From the human T2T-CHM13v2.0 reference genome, Homo sapiens: a DNA stretch of 64,000 bases. The stretch lies in assembly GCF_009914755.1 (NCBI RefSeq), contig NC_060935.1; one strand, given 5' to 3'. The translations under genes and the position numbers were made by a program. Below the pieces are notes generated by a model. The model ran no database searches, was not told the origin of the DNA, and saw nothing but the letters and a program-made list of their open reading frames with translations. Shown here one piece after another: positions 1 through 13,259 of the stretch. The stretch's first letter is position 1. Each line of letters opens with the position of its first letter.

Positions 1-630
1 AGCACCATCTTTGAATTATCTATGATTATAATCTTTATTTAAAATAAATAATAGCATTGTATTTATAATTGGAAGAAAACATTATTTTGCCAGCTATAGC
101 CATAGCAGTTTTAAATACACACAGAAACTTCTTAAATAGAGGTCCCTTGTTTTAATGTAATTTGATGGAGTTTTTAAAGTTTTTAATTGATGTTTTTTAA
201 AGATGAACTGCTTTCTACAAGAGAAAAAGAAGAATTTGGAGATCCCAGGTACTCTGAAAGGTAGAAGGGATAAGATGAGGGGAGGAGAACAGAGGAGGAA
301 GAAGAGGAAAGAAGGAATCAATGAAATGGATGGCCATTCCCAAAGACTTCCAAATTTTCAGTAACATAGACAAAATTCATGTATAATGTGAATATAGACA
401 TACTTTTGTATATATTGGAAAAAGGAATGCATTTCAGATGGAATTTACACAGCTTGGAAGAATATAAACTCCCTAGGTAATTAACACACATTTTAAGAAG
501 AGCTATTTAAATTTCATATGCCATGAAATTCAGAGAGGTATTCAAAAAATTTCATATAGATTAAAGATCTTGAAGAACATAAATACCACAATATTATTTA
601 TGCAATATAAAATATAAATATTAATCTCAG

Positions 631-1011
631 TGTGGTAGGCTGAATAACCACTCCCCACCTCCAAGATGTGCACCTTCCAGTCTCTAGAGCCTGTGAATAT
701 TCCCACACGTGGCAAAAGGGACTGTACAGATGTGATTAAATTAAGGATCTTGAGATGGAGACATTGTTCTGGATTATCTGGGTAGGCCCAAATATAACCA
801 GAAAGGTCCTTATAAGTAACAGATGGAGCAAGAGGGACCATCACAGAGAGATTTGAATATGCTATGCTGCTGGTTTTCAGATGATAGAAGGGACCATATA
901 AGCAAAGGATGCAGGGGCCTGTAGAAATTGAAAAAGGCCAGGAAAAAAATTCTCCCCTAAAGACTCTAAATTTATGCAAAATTGTTAGACCAACAATAAG
1001 CAACTAATACA
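631..1011 (+). mobile_element. MaLR solo LTR, MLT1D-like, with 3' internal deletion
   Basis: Starts TGTGGTAGGCTGAATAA, contains GGCAAAAGGGAC...CAGATGTGATTAAATTAAGGATCTTGAGATGG...GGATTATCTGGGTAGGCCC, ends AACTAATACA. 5-bp flanks CTCAG/CTAAG resemble a TSD. Confidence 0.85.
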
Positions 1012-2279
1012 CTAAGTAAAATCTTGATTAACTAGGAGTCAAATTTGGATTGAGACTATCAGAAGTTTTCAACACATGGTCAAATACTAAGAAAACAATC
1101 AGATTGTTTAGGTATATGGAGAGGGAGAGGATACACACCACTGAAGTGAAGCCCTTAATATGGTAAATCTTATTTTATGTAAAATTTTATATTATGCAAA
1201 TTATATCTAAAAAACAATAAATCACCTGTGAATAAAGATTGCACAATAATAAGCAAGTTTTATTTTAATCTATTGTTTGAACCATTTCAATGCAACACTA
1301 ATCTATTTTCTTCTGTTTTCTGAAAATATGATGATGATAATCATAACAATTTTGAAGACAATAACCGTGGTGCTTTTTGTCCATCCTGAATCTTTTAAAG
1401 TCTATTCCTAACCTAAAGAAATGTAATACATTAAAGAAAAAAAACACTTTCTAAATATAATACTCACCATTCAATTACTTGATTCTGACCCACTACGGAG
1501 TCTGATCCATTCCCCAACATTATTCCTTACTTCTTTTTGACTGCCTTATTTTTTTACTGATTTCTATCCAACTTAACCTCAGCCCCAGATTCTTTTTGTC
1601 AACCTGATTCTACTCTGAATACCGCTTTCACCTCTGCTCCAGAGTGACTCTGTGATCTGCCTTTCAAGAGGGACCTAGTGCCTGGGCTTGGCTTTCCTCT
1701 ACACTGAGATACAACTAGACAGTCCACCCCCAAATCCAGAGCAGATAATGGAAAGTATCTTTCTCCACATCATCATCATCAGGATATTGGTCAATATCAT
1801 AATAGAAAGAAAAATGGAATTATGAAAAAAGTAAGTAGGTCAAGATAGTGCCTGTAAGGAAGGCTTTTTTCTGTGGTGGAACCTTGAAGATAGTAAGGAG
1901 CTTGGTACATATGATGGGGAGACACGAGCTCAGATGTGGAGAGAGAGAGCAAATGAAGATGGTCCAGAAAATCCAGCTCCATCTTACTATAGCCCACAGC
2001 TAATAGTATTGTTCTAGAGATTAGAGAAGATGGGAGAAAAAAATAAAACCTGATTCAGCTTAGCAGTTTTTCAGTTAACAATATTGAACACTGTATCAAT
2101 AAAATATTACTCCAAGCATCCATCACAAAGATCACAATGAAAGAAAGAGATTTGAGTGTTCAGTGCTCTGAAAATTTTTATAACTTTCACTTCTTGGATT
2201 CACATTTAAGAGGACTGTGTCAACAGAAATCTTAGGAATATATTTTATATTTTATGAAGTAGCACTTTTATTTGTAAGC

Positions 2280-2500
2280 TGATATTTAGTGACTGTGATG
2301 GGCCAAGAATTGTGATAATTACTTTCTGCGTATCATATTATTTAGTCATCATAACAAATGCAAAATTTGGTACTATCTTTTTTATTTTATAAACTTCAAA
2401 ACTAAAGATCAAAGAAATTAAATAACTTTATCCGATTGGTAAACATTGATACAGATTCAATTTCATGTCTGTCCTACTATAAACTTGTGCTTTAAACCCT
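2280..2500 (-). mobile_element. MIR SINE (degenerate)
   Basis: Reverse-complement MIR core: ...attttataaac...aaactaaagatcaaagaaattaaataact...gattcaatttcatgtctgtc. Confidence 0.6.
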
Positions 2501-4025
2501 TTGGGGATATAACATCTTTTTATATACAAATAGTGTAGCATGTTGCCACTACTAAAGCCAAAATTTCAGCTTTAAAAAAAGACCATTTGGGTCTTCTATA
2601 AAACGTAGATAATGTTATTCACAAGGCAGAGTGTCTTTGTGCTATATTTATTGCCTTTTTCTCTCATTTGAGGACATATGCCTGATAGAAAATAGCTGAA
2701 TTTTCTCATAGAGAGAGCCCTTTCCTTCTTTCAGCATTTTGCCACTATTGCAAAAAGATTGTCCCAATTTCAAAGAACAGATGCAACGACTAATGGCAAA
2801 TAAGTAATGGAAGCTTTTATCGGTGACTCAGTAAGTTTCAAAACTTAAAATATATAGAAAAGTGTCACTCTGGAAAACAGAATTATTTAAAGCCGCTCCT
2901 AATATTTCAGCTTGGCTGCAGACAAGTAAAGTGATGCCAGAAATTAACAAAACACATCAGGTTCAGAGAGCTATAATTAATCTTGTCAGTGGATGTGGCA
3001 GGACAGATTCCTATTTAAACTTGCATCTTGATGAGACTTCTCCCTCATTTACTGTATCAGTACAAAACTCACTAGGGACTCAAGGGATCTAAATCCATCA
3101 GAGTGGTTTTATAGTCCAGTTCATGCTTGTTGCATGCCCTGACTTGTGCTTGGTGGAATTAAATATTTAACTAACAGTGACCATGGTGTTGTTGAAAAAG
3201 CGGCAGCTTTTAGTGCATTTTTTATACACACTGTTGAGGAACAAATATAAAATTAAAAAGTCTCTGTCCAAGACCTGAGATAGAATTAATGGTCAGGGGG
3301 AAAATGCAATCTGTGCTTAGTTCCTGTAACTGAATTATATTACAAAGCTTTCTAAATATAGGTATGCATCATAGTCTGTAATGGTTAGAGTGAAATGTGA
3401 AGGATCATAAGCAATGATTCTATCATTAAATTTTAATGTGGAAGCACAACTTGGATAAGAAAGCATGCTTCTAAGCCTTATAATACTAGAGAAGGCAAAT
3501 TATTTTGAAACCTGAGACATGAGTTAAATTATTATCTTTTGGTACCACTTAAAACAGACAAAACAATTGTAGTTATGAGAAAAATGAAGATCTCTTAGTA
3601 AACAAATGGGTAAATTATAGAGTTTTATTTTGATCAGACTTATTTCTTGTTATTTAATTTGCTCTAGAAAAACATTTAAAAAGAAAAAGACTAAAAGAAT
3701 GCAGTTAATTGTTAGTTTTGCTCATATGCTTTCTATTTGCCATTGTTCTTACTTTTTAAGTTTCTGTTGTTAACCAATAAAGCACAGCATGACACTAGGT
3801 TGTAATATGACATGCCCTTTATTCATTTATTTAATTAACATTACAATAAAGTTAATAAAATAGAGAAGTGTTTCTATTATCAGAATAGCAAAAATGACAA
3901 AAGAAGAACAGTTTAAATTCTCAAATTTAAGTCCAAGTAATTTGTAATCTGCATAGTGTCAGAGAGGTAGGGTATGATCTATTCTGTGATGTGCATTAGA
4001 ATAGTGGAAAGCAAAACAGAAATAA

Positions 4026-4051
4026 ATATATATATATATATATATATATAA
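4026..4051. repeat. (TA)n microsatellite
   Basis: Direct read of about 12-13 TA units. Confidence 0.95.
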
Positions 4052-4649
4052 TATGCATAGCAGGTAAAAGTCTAGGACTTACTGGATCCAGTTACAGTGA
4101 TTTCTTGATATTCTACGTAGGAACCTCCTTGATTTAATGTGAGAGTAATTTTAGATAACTGCTATTCTTTGGGCCCATTTTAGGCCAGTTGCCTTGAATT
4201 GGCACCAAACATTAATTTTCTTTGTATTTTATTGAATATGAACACTATATTATATGCTTATTTTGTCTATTTGTTGATTATTTGTCTTCGCTACGATGGA
4301 GGTTTTACGGTGATAATGATTGTCTCTCTTTCAGCCTTTTTACACAAAGACTTTTGAAGATTGATTTACTTTGATTGTTTGTGAGGACCCAAAGACCATC
4401 TGATGTCTAACATGCAGACATCAGACCGTAATTGTTTTTCTCTAGGTGCTTCAATCCAGGTTTATCAAGCGTTCAGACCCATGGGGATAAAGGAAGTAGT
4501 GATCATTTATCATCATAAAGGTTTGAGAAGTTTTCCCAGAGCAGCTGTATTCACAATTTTATGTATTTTCTCATGCATAGTTACTCTGGAATCTGTTTCT
4601 TTCTCTACCTTTATTTCTTCATAATGTTTTGTTCACTTGCTAATGTTTA

Positions 4650-5030
4650 CTCTACTCATTCCAAATTTCTTCCACTTTCTAGAATGCATCCCATGCTTCA
4701 CTGTCTCTGGTCCTTCAGTCCATCTGTCTGAAATAGTCTTTTCCTTCGATCTCACTGCTGTGTTCAGCTGGTGGGCTTTTACTCATCCTTAAGGTCAGTC
4801 CAGGTGTCACTTCTTTTGAGAAATCTTTTTCTGAGTCTCTGAATCTAGGTTTGGTGTCTCTGTTATATGATCTCATATTATCACTGATGTTCCCATCACA
4901 AGGTTTACCATTCCTATCACCACCTCCATTATAATTACTTGAGTGACAGCTTCCAATGGAGAAGAAGCTCCCTGAAGGCCTAGTCCACTACATGGTTATT
5001 CATCTTTCTGTCTCCACATATTTATTACAT
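4650..5030 (+). mobile_element. L2 LINE 3' fragment
   Basis: L2 3' motifs: tactcatccttaaggtcagtccaggtgtcacttc, aagctccctgaaggc. Confidence 0.6.
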
Positions 5031-6139
5031 CTCTAATATATGCATAAATATATATATATATATAAACATATTTTATGTATAGTGGTAAATAATTTGGACC
5101 TTATCCAGTGATGAGTAGAAATATCACTATGTCATGAAAATATATGATCACTAATATTCTCTGAAAAACTGGAAAATGCCAAATTCTTTAGCATACTTTT
5201 TTTATAAAGAAAAGAAAGATTCAAAATATGAAAACAACCTTCCATTTAATATACTCTTGGGATATCTCTCTCAGGTCTGGGTCCTGAGATGCCAAATTTT
5301 TGTCATCTAGAGAGCTCAGATATGCAGTTCAGCTCTTCACTGATCACACTGGATTCATAGGTGAGCTAATCTGTAGGCTTTTATGACACTTGCTTTATGG
5401 TATGAGTGTTGGAGGCTGTTACCACTTTTCACTAAAAGGAGATAAGACCACAATCAGAATGATCTGCAATACTATTAGAAAGATTATAACATGCATTTTG
5501 CCCTATTATAATGTTGTATGATTCAATATTTTTCTAGGTGATTATTTTCTCATAGTTACTTATTTAATTATTCTATAAAACACCCTTCTACCACTGTTAC
5601 AATTTTGTTTTATGCTTCTCAAGATTTGTATACCTTTCTGAGGCACTCAGCAAGGTGTGCCTCATAAGGTGCTGTTAGTCTGTGTTGCTGTGTATCACTA
5701 AGCTCCTCAGTCTCTTCTATTTTTGAAAAACATTTGAGGAACAAATATGCCCTTGTGTCACATATCCACCTCATGCTGGTTTCTGTAATGCCTGAGATCT
5801 GAGTCACAATGTCACCCAATTAAATTATGACAGGGATTAGATCTAAAGTGGCAGGTGCAATATGAGACATATTAATTGATACATATAAATTATGATATAG
5901 AGACTAGGCACATGAGCCAAGGTTTTTGGATTTGATTACCACCAATGTGTTCATGTTTCAACTCCTTATATCACTCCTATCTGTGACTGGTGTCTGAAAT
6001 CAAAGGATTCTAATGTGATTTAATCAACCAATAAGCTGTAATTAAGCTGTGACTGAGCTTCTTTGATCTCTGAGACTGCTGGTCTCTGAGACAGCCATCA
6101 CTGTGGGAGGACCCCTGAATGGGGGAGAAACCACTACTT

Positions 6140-6330
6140 TTAAATGGCTACTAAGTACCAGCCATTGTGAGAACTTCTTCGACATACATTATTGAGACAA
6201 GTCCGAGAGGTAGGGATTACTACTCCAGTTTTACACATGTGGAAACCGAGGTTCAAGTTAAGTTTTAGAGCAACCAGGGAAGGCATTTGGAGTTTGAATC
6301 CAGTTATGTCCAAAGCCCAGGCAGCCAAGG
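6140..6330 (-). mobile_element. MIR SINE
   Basis: gaggtagggattactactccagttttacacatgtggaaaccgaggttca...tttgaatccag...tccaaagccc matches reversed MIR core. Confidence 0.75.
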
Positions 6331-6939
6331 AACAATAGTGCTGCTGAAGCTATAATTAGGAGCAGGTTACATACACCTTTTCTCTCTATTGCAATCACTC
6401 AGGGAGACTAGGAAGAGGCAGATGAAAATGACAGATGCTTCCCCAGGAAACATAAAAATTTATTATTCTTTTATATAATTCATGGACTCTCTGAAACTCA
6501 TCCACAGATGCCTGGATCTCAGATTAAGAACTCACAACCTACAAGGCAGAAACCCAGTCTCATTAATTTTTGTTTCCCATTTGGTGCCTAGGATCTCTGC
6601 TAGGCACAGACTAGGCACAGGTCAACAATATAAAGATTGTTGAATAGAAAAAAGAAATTAATGAATGAAAGACTAAATAAAGTATTTCTTCACTCTTCAT
6701 TGTTAAACCAAATTATGCCTATTCAGGTGTTTATCTTACTTATATATCACTGAGTCTCACGATATAAAATTTGTTGATTATCTCCTAAATGCCATGTTCT
6801 TGTTAGTCTATTATTTAAGTTAATCCTTATCATAGCTTTCAGTCGTATAAATCTTATAGTCAACATTAGAATAGTGCCTGATACAGAGTGGGAAAAATTA
6901 AGTTATAGAAAAAATATAATATGTGTTCAGTAATACTAG

Positions 6940-7260
6940 CATTTATTATACACTTATATGTAATACACAAATTTAAATGCCTTACATATATTATCCTAGG
7001 TTAACCCTCACAACCTATGAAGCATGTGTTCATACTAATTTTGTTTTACTAAAGATATAGCTGAGATTTAGGGCAAATAAAATGTTTTGTCCTTGGTCAA
7101 AAAGCTATTAAGGAACAGAACCAAGATTTGAATCTGGTGATTTCTGACCTTAAATCTCATGGAACGTGAGACACAGAGAGAAAATAACGTGTCTAGAGCC
7201 ACACAGCTACTAGGTCAAAGTAGGAAGATTATGCCCACTGTTCTTTTCACTACAACATTT
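6940..7260 (-). mobile_element. MIR SINE fragments
   Basis: cctcacaacctatgaag...agctgagatttag...ccaagatttgaatctgg, plus a second core fragment. Confidence 0.65.
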
Positions 7261-7279
7261 TCATTCTACATTCCATCAT

Positions 7280-7651
7280 TGTTATGGACTAAATATTGTG
7301 CCCCTACCAAAATAAAATTCATATGTTGAAATGTTAGTCTCTGATGTGATGATACTAGGTGGAGGGGCCTTTTGAAAGTAATTAGATCATGAGGGTGGAA
7401 CCTCAAGAATAGAATTAGTGCTCTTATAAGGAGAAACACAAGAGCTTGCTTTCTTTCTCTCTGCTCCCTGCCATGTAAGGCTACAAAAAGAAGACAGCTA
7501 TCTATAAACCACAAAATGAGCCTTCACCAGACACCAGGTCTCCTAGCATAGTGTCTTGGACTTCACAGTCTCTAGAACTATGAGAACAAATGTTTGTTGT
7601 TTCAGCCCTGTCTACAGTAATTTTTTATAGCAGCTGAAATGAACCAAAACA
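7280..7651 (+). mobile_element. MaLR solo LTR, MLT1A0-like
   Basis: TGTTATGGACTAAAT...AATTCATATGTTGAA...GGGGCCTTT...TAATTAGATCATGAGGGTGGAACCTC...CTTGGACTTCACAGTCTCTAGAACTATGAGAACAAATG...TATAGCAGC...AAAACA. Confidence 0.85.
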
Positions 7652-8050
7652 ATGCTTTAACATTATAAAACTGATAGGCATCACTTTCCTGCTAGCCCTG
7701 ATTTATATAATGTGTTGGCACTAAAGCTGTGGTCTCTGTAGGTCAAGAAAAGACAGAGACTAACTTGACTTACAAAACTTAGGAGTTTCATTAACCTTAT
7801 GATGCTCCCAACATTTCTGGAATAGAGACATCAAATATACTGCAAATGCTTAAACTTGACCTAAAGCTTATTTAGGCTAGAGAACTTCTCATATTTCTCC
7901 ATTTTCATCTCAGTTTGTTTCTGTACTGAAACTACAGCAATTGCATTCCATAATAACCAGTCAAAAGAACTATCAAAAGAGGCAAAATATACCTCTTGGC
8001 ATTTTATTTTATGAGATTTGATTAATTATAACACTATCTATTAGAACGTA

Positions 8051-8661
8051 TGTAAAAAGTAAAGTAGGGGATCCTCTTCAAAGACTTTCCTCCACATCTA
8101 ATTAGGAATAAATAGTAACTTCTCTTAGAAGCAAAATTTATTCAAAGTCCTGTGCTAACATTCTTAAATATTTGCTAGCTGTAATAAAGAAATCAATGTA
8201 CTTTATGTAAGAACATTATGTAAGAACATAAAGTACATTGCTCCCACAATTTAGCCTAAATATTTGCCCTGGCATGCTTATACTGGTCCAAGCAAGCATT
8301 AGGTCATAGCCTGTTCCTCTTCTTTATTTGAAGGTGTTTTTACCTTTCTCAGCATTCCACAATTTACTTCCTCCTTCCTTTGTTCTCTTCTGCCTTTGCC
8401 TCTTTTAAAAAGTTCTAAGTTGATAGTCAATCAGGACAAATACAGGATGTGAGGTCCCATTCCAGTCAATGGAAACTAGACACAGCAATAGGATGGATGC
8501 ATCAGGTTATAAATGACACTGTCTCCTTTGTTCGGTGTACTCTCATGGCAAAACTGCTGGCGAGTGTACCCTTTCCGCAGAAAGTAAAAAATTGCCTTCC
8601 TGAGGAAATTAATGTCCAAGTGCTATTTCTTTATGGCACCAGGGAATAAACATTTCTAACA
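8051..8661 (+). mobile_element. ERV1 (HERV-I family) solo LTR, LTR10 family (LTR10C-like)
   Basis: TG...CA termini (TGTAAAAAGTAAAGTAG...CATTTCTAACA), about 610 bp, recognised LTR10 blocks (CCTCTTCAAAGACTTTCCTCC, GGCATGCTTATACTGGTCCAAGCAAGC). Flanks ACGTA/ATGTA are a TSD with CpG decay. Confidence 0.8.
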
Positions 8662-8829
8662 ATGTAGAATTTGAAGCTATTTCTAGGCTTCTGACATTAT
8701 AATACCTAATTATATGTTTTAAGTCCATGTGTGCTTTCCCCATACATTAATTACAAAGTTACATACACTCCCCTTAACAAATAAAAGTAAATTTTAAACT
8801 ACAGGAAAACATAAAGTGTGGATTTTTAC

Positions 8830-9040
8830 ATCAAAAAGACAAGTATTTAAATCTTGTCTTCATTCATTGATAGTTGTGAAAACTTTGGCAACATATCTCT
8901 AATCTAAATCACAGTTATATCCCCAGTAAAACAGAGATAGTAGGAAGGTTTCTCATAGTTATAGATATTAATGTAAGATAATATAAGTAAAGCACTGGGA
9001 ATAGTTCCTGCATATAAAAAGTACTTAATACATATTAATT
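8830..9040 (+). mobile_element. MIR SINE
   Basis: tagttgtgaaaactttggcaac...gtaaaacagagatag...gtaaagcactgggaatagttcctgcatataaaaagtacttaata. Confidence 0.65.
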
Positions 9041-10449
9041 TTATTAAATAAGCATCATATATTCTTCCTAAGACTTAGACTCGCTTGCTATGTGGTAGTC
9101 TCAGATCTCTCTCTCTCTCTATTTATTTTCCTACCTATTTCTACCTATCTATTTATCCATTCAGCCATGTATTCTTTTATCTAAATTAGTCTCATTTAGT
9201 CTTCATCCTGATGTTTCATTGTTATCCCCATTTCATGAAAGAGAAAACTAAAGCTCAGAGAGGTTAAATAATTTGTACAAAATCACACATTTAGTAAAAC
9301 TGAATTTCCTTGCATATATCTTTTTCTGTCTTTGACTACTATGATCATAAAGGAATCATAGACAGTTCCATTACAAACAGAAAACAAAATATGCACAACG
9401 GCCTTGCCCCAATGCTACTTAAAGCTTCTGTAGCAGGCCTTATGCAAAGAATATAGAGCTCAAAATTTGAGCTAAGTTTAAACCCTGGGTAACTATGATC
9501 AATTAAATCACTTAACCTCTCAGAGACTCATTTTTGTCTCATCTACCAAATGGGAATAAAATAATATAGGGACCCTTGCTAGGTTCATATCTTTTCCGAT
9601 AAAGAACCTTTTCCATACAGTATATAAACGGCCTAAGTGCTGTAAAGAGATGACTTTGTACTCCAGGTGAAATGCCTACTGCAGGACTATGTATTTTAGG
9701 TTATCAAAAATCCCTGTAAGCAGCAAGCATTCAATAGATGTTTGTTGATTAGTTTAATAAAACATTTTGGAAACAATTTACAGAATAACAGGTAAATCCA
9801 TAGATTTGGATCTTTAAAGTTCAAAGTCTATTACATATGCGGCTCCTGCCTGGCAATGAATTTTTCTTTCACTATCCTTCTGTGTCCCAGGTCCAATACT
9901 TTGTTCATTTAACCCTATTTAGCCAAATGCTGTCTCATTCATTAGGTTATGTGGAGGAACTATTATGGTCAATTTGTGTAGCTTGGCAACAGCTAAAATT
10001 ACAATGGAGATTCCATAATCACTACTATTTAAGTTTATGAACATTTTTGAGAAAGTAACACAAAGTGACTTTCATAAGAATTTAAGAGAGTTTGATTAGC
10101 ATTATAAATTATGTTTTTGTGACTTTTTCAGTGTTTTTCCACTTCAGTGCGAATGTGATTGAGAAGGCAGCTGTCATCTCTTATCATGCGACAGACAAAA
10201 ATTGTTATTGTTATTAACTTTATGAATTTATCGAATTATTAGTTGTAAGCTCCAAATGCATTTTTAAAAAGAAGGACTGAAGTATACAGACTGGAAATAT
10301 AGCTTTGTGAATTGTCTTGCAGTTTACATTTCTACTGACAATTCTAATCATTTGTTCAAATACAAAACCTTGTTTTTATTGAACAAGTTAGGGCTTAGTT
10401 AAGAAACTCAAATAAAATTTCCTTAGTTCCTTTTCATTTCACATTATCA

Positions 10450-11410
10450 TGCCATCTGTCACTAAAGTACACAAATTATCTGTTTCACTCACTTTCTGTA
10501 TTCACTGTCCACCGGCTTCCTAAATCTGCATTCAAATGTTTCCTCCTCCTCCTCCACTACCTCTGAGGGAGGGCCTAAGGAAGGGCCTTGTCATCTGCAC
10601 AGTTATTCCAGGTTCCTACTCAGTCTCCCAACTGTCTTCAGCCTTTCTCATTCCTGACCTAACATGACAGGTGATTCATAAAATCCCATCCTGGGCATGT
10701 GCCTTCTGAAAAGTTGATAGAATTCAGGTTGGCCCTTCTGTAGCTCCTGGATACAGGCTGGTTGTAAGCCTCAAGGTTTTTATCCTCTGCAGATGACCAC
10801 TGAACCTGCCGAAGCTCCAACTTCTGAAGCCTCACCCAGATGGGGGCAGCTACACCCCTACTCTATCCTCAGAAAGAGTATGAACTGTCTTCAATATTTT
10901 TTCCACACCACCCCATTTTTCTTGCTAAACATGTCTGACTCTTGCATAGCTCATTAGTAGTGCTCTTTTGCTGTATGGCGTAGCATGCAACAATGTGGCA
11001 GCAAATACATGATGCTTTCATTTCCTATCACGTGCATTGTTTTGTGATAGTTTTGCACATGCTGTTGCCTTTCTTAGAATGATCATTTGTCTGTCTCTAG
11101 CCTAGAAAATTTCAGCTCATCCTTCAAAGCCCATTTTCTATATGAATCCTTCCTTCATGCAACTCTCCTGCTCCTTAACACAAGAAGTTGGCAGCTCCAT
11201 CCTCTGCACTTTATAGCACTTTGATTTTAAGAATATCTCTCATCTAAAACTCATGCTGTATTTGAGTTGGATATGTATGTTCCTGTCTCCCTGACAAAAC
11301 AACAAATTCCCTGAGGGAAGGAATCATGATATGCTCATTTCTATATCTCTAAGGCATGCCACAGTGTTTGCACATAAGTACGACACAATAAAAATCTTGT
11401 TTGAATTTTT
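10450..11410 (+). mobile_element. L2 LINE fragments
   Basis: ttttgcacatgctgttgcctttcttagaatg...cagctcatccttcaaagccc...ttccctgagggaaggaatcatg...cacaataaaaatcttgtttgaat (L2 3' end). Confidence 0.6.
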
Positions 11411-11629
11411 GAATTCCTATTTAAAAGATGTCCTTTCTCGAAAATGAAATATATAGAAGAGATGTTGGAACTGGAAGTGATACACAGCGATGGGAGAGAA
11501 ACTAGCACTTGGTGTCCTGTCCTAAATTAATAATGTTCAAGTCAAAAATCTGAAACAAGATACTAGTCATGAATGAGACAAGTGGTTCATATTGTGCTAC
11601 GACATATTAAGAAGCAAGGGAGGAAAACA

Positions 11630-11860
11630 AACATTTATTAAGCACTTAGCATATACCAGCCAGCATGGTAGGCATTTTAACAGACTTAACTTATTTAACG
11701 TACACGACCTCGTGAATAATATATAATTCCTATGGCATCAGCAGGAGTTGTCGTTCAGTGAGATGAAGTGGTTTGCCTGCAATGTCATTGCTGGGAATTT
11801 CAGAGCTAAGCTTTCAAACCAAGTTTGTGCACATCAAGAATTAAACTTTTTCACTTACAA
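11630..11860 (-). mobile_element. MIR SINE
   Basis: acatttattaagcacttagc...gagatgaagtggtttgcc...tttcaaaccaagtttg. Confidence 0.65.
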
Positions 11861-13202
11861 ATGCCCATTTCAAAGTCACATATGTAGTAGGAACTCGACC
11901 GGGTGTTGACAACAATAGTTTCAGTAATGAACATTTCCAACCTTTACTGAGTGCTTATTTTGAGTCAGGGACTCCGCTTAGCACCAGGGACACAGAGGTG
12001 AATTAGACACATCTTTAAAGGCTTTCAAATGTATTTGAATTGAATTGAACTTAAAGCTTAGGCTATTCAACCTTAAAGTAATTCTGTGGTTTATCAAACA
12101 AACAGAAAGTGCTTAGTTTTGTTTGGCTTTGTTTTGCTTCTGTGACTATATGAGGAAGGGGAAGAGTCTCTTTATCAGTGTAGAGGCGAGAGGCTCTCTT
12201 CCATGCCAGGCGAGTGACTTCAATAATTACGAAAGGAGCTGAGGACACCAGTTCCTTCCAATTAGCTTCTGTTACTGAGTGCTTCTGACTGCTTGCCTGA
12301 CAGCCACAAGCAGATTGGAGGGAGAGGAGTGCACACAAGATTTCTTTGCATTTCCTAGTTCACAGATTAAAGACACTGTCAAGAGCAAGTTGGAGTTGAG
12401 GAATTGATTTATTTGGCGCTGAGAGTGTGGGGAAGGGCCGCTTCTGATTCATTACAAACAAGGCTGAGGAAATTTAATATTATGTTCTACCTCTTGGTAC
12501 ACAAACTAAACATTTCTCTTTTTTTTTTCTTTTCGGATACATTTACTCAGAGAGTCTCACTACCCAAAAATATGGCTATGTCCAGCTTCTTTAAATCCCA
12601 GCCCTTAACAACTTTAGTGGTAGCTATTGAAACTGTGATGACCCTGGCTGAAATGCTTGCTGGGGGCTATAGATGAAGAGTGAGAGTGAGTGGCCATTAG
12701 ACAAGGTAGAGAAGACCCCGGAGAACCTGATCTAGGCCAAAAAGAAAGCAGTCTAGGTTACCAGGCCCAAAGGAACATCATTATAATAACATCCTTCACA
12801 GTAATAGAAATGCAGTCATAGCAACCACTCAAACAACATCTTCCTGTGCTAGGCCTTTCTAGAGCTTTATGTGTTTGTAGGTGTTCATTTTAATATTCAC
12901 TCCATTTCTATGAGGTAAGGACTATTCTGTTCACTTAACAAATGAAGAAACCAAGAAACAGAAAGGTTAAGTAATTTGCTAAAGAATAAGGAGCTTGTAA
13001 ATAGAGGGATTGGATAGTGAAATCTAGCCCAGCTTGTGTTGGTTTAAAAGCCAAAAAGATTTGCAAGAGACATGATACCACAGTGACAGAGTCTATATAA
13101 AATATCAGGAAAGTGCTGTGTATACATGTAAATGTATGTGTGGATGGTTATAAATACATGCATATATATCCACACATATGTGTATAGGGGTGTATGTGTG
13201 TA

Positions 13203-13206
<4 letters not shown>

Positions 13207-13244
<38 letters not shown>
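13207..13244. repeat. (TG)19 microsatellite
   Basis: Direct read; preceded by degenerate TATG/TG repeats from about 13120. Confidence 0.95.
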
Positions 13245-13248
<4 letters not shown>

Positions 13249-13259
13249 AAGAGCTAGAC

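Noticed and set aside
542-1003. 153-aa minus-strand ORF, the longest in the track
   Set aside because: Antisense reading of an MLT1D LTR with a non-ATG start and no recognisable domain.
10168-10186. TAL1-GATA1 composite element
   Set aside because: E-box and GATA are in the wrong relative orientation for the canonical composite.
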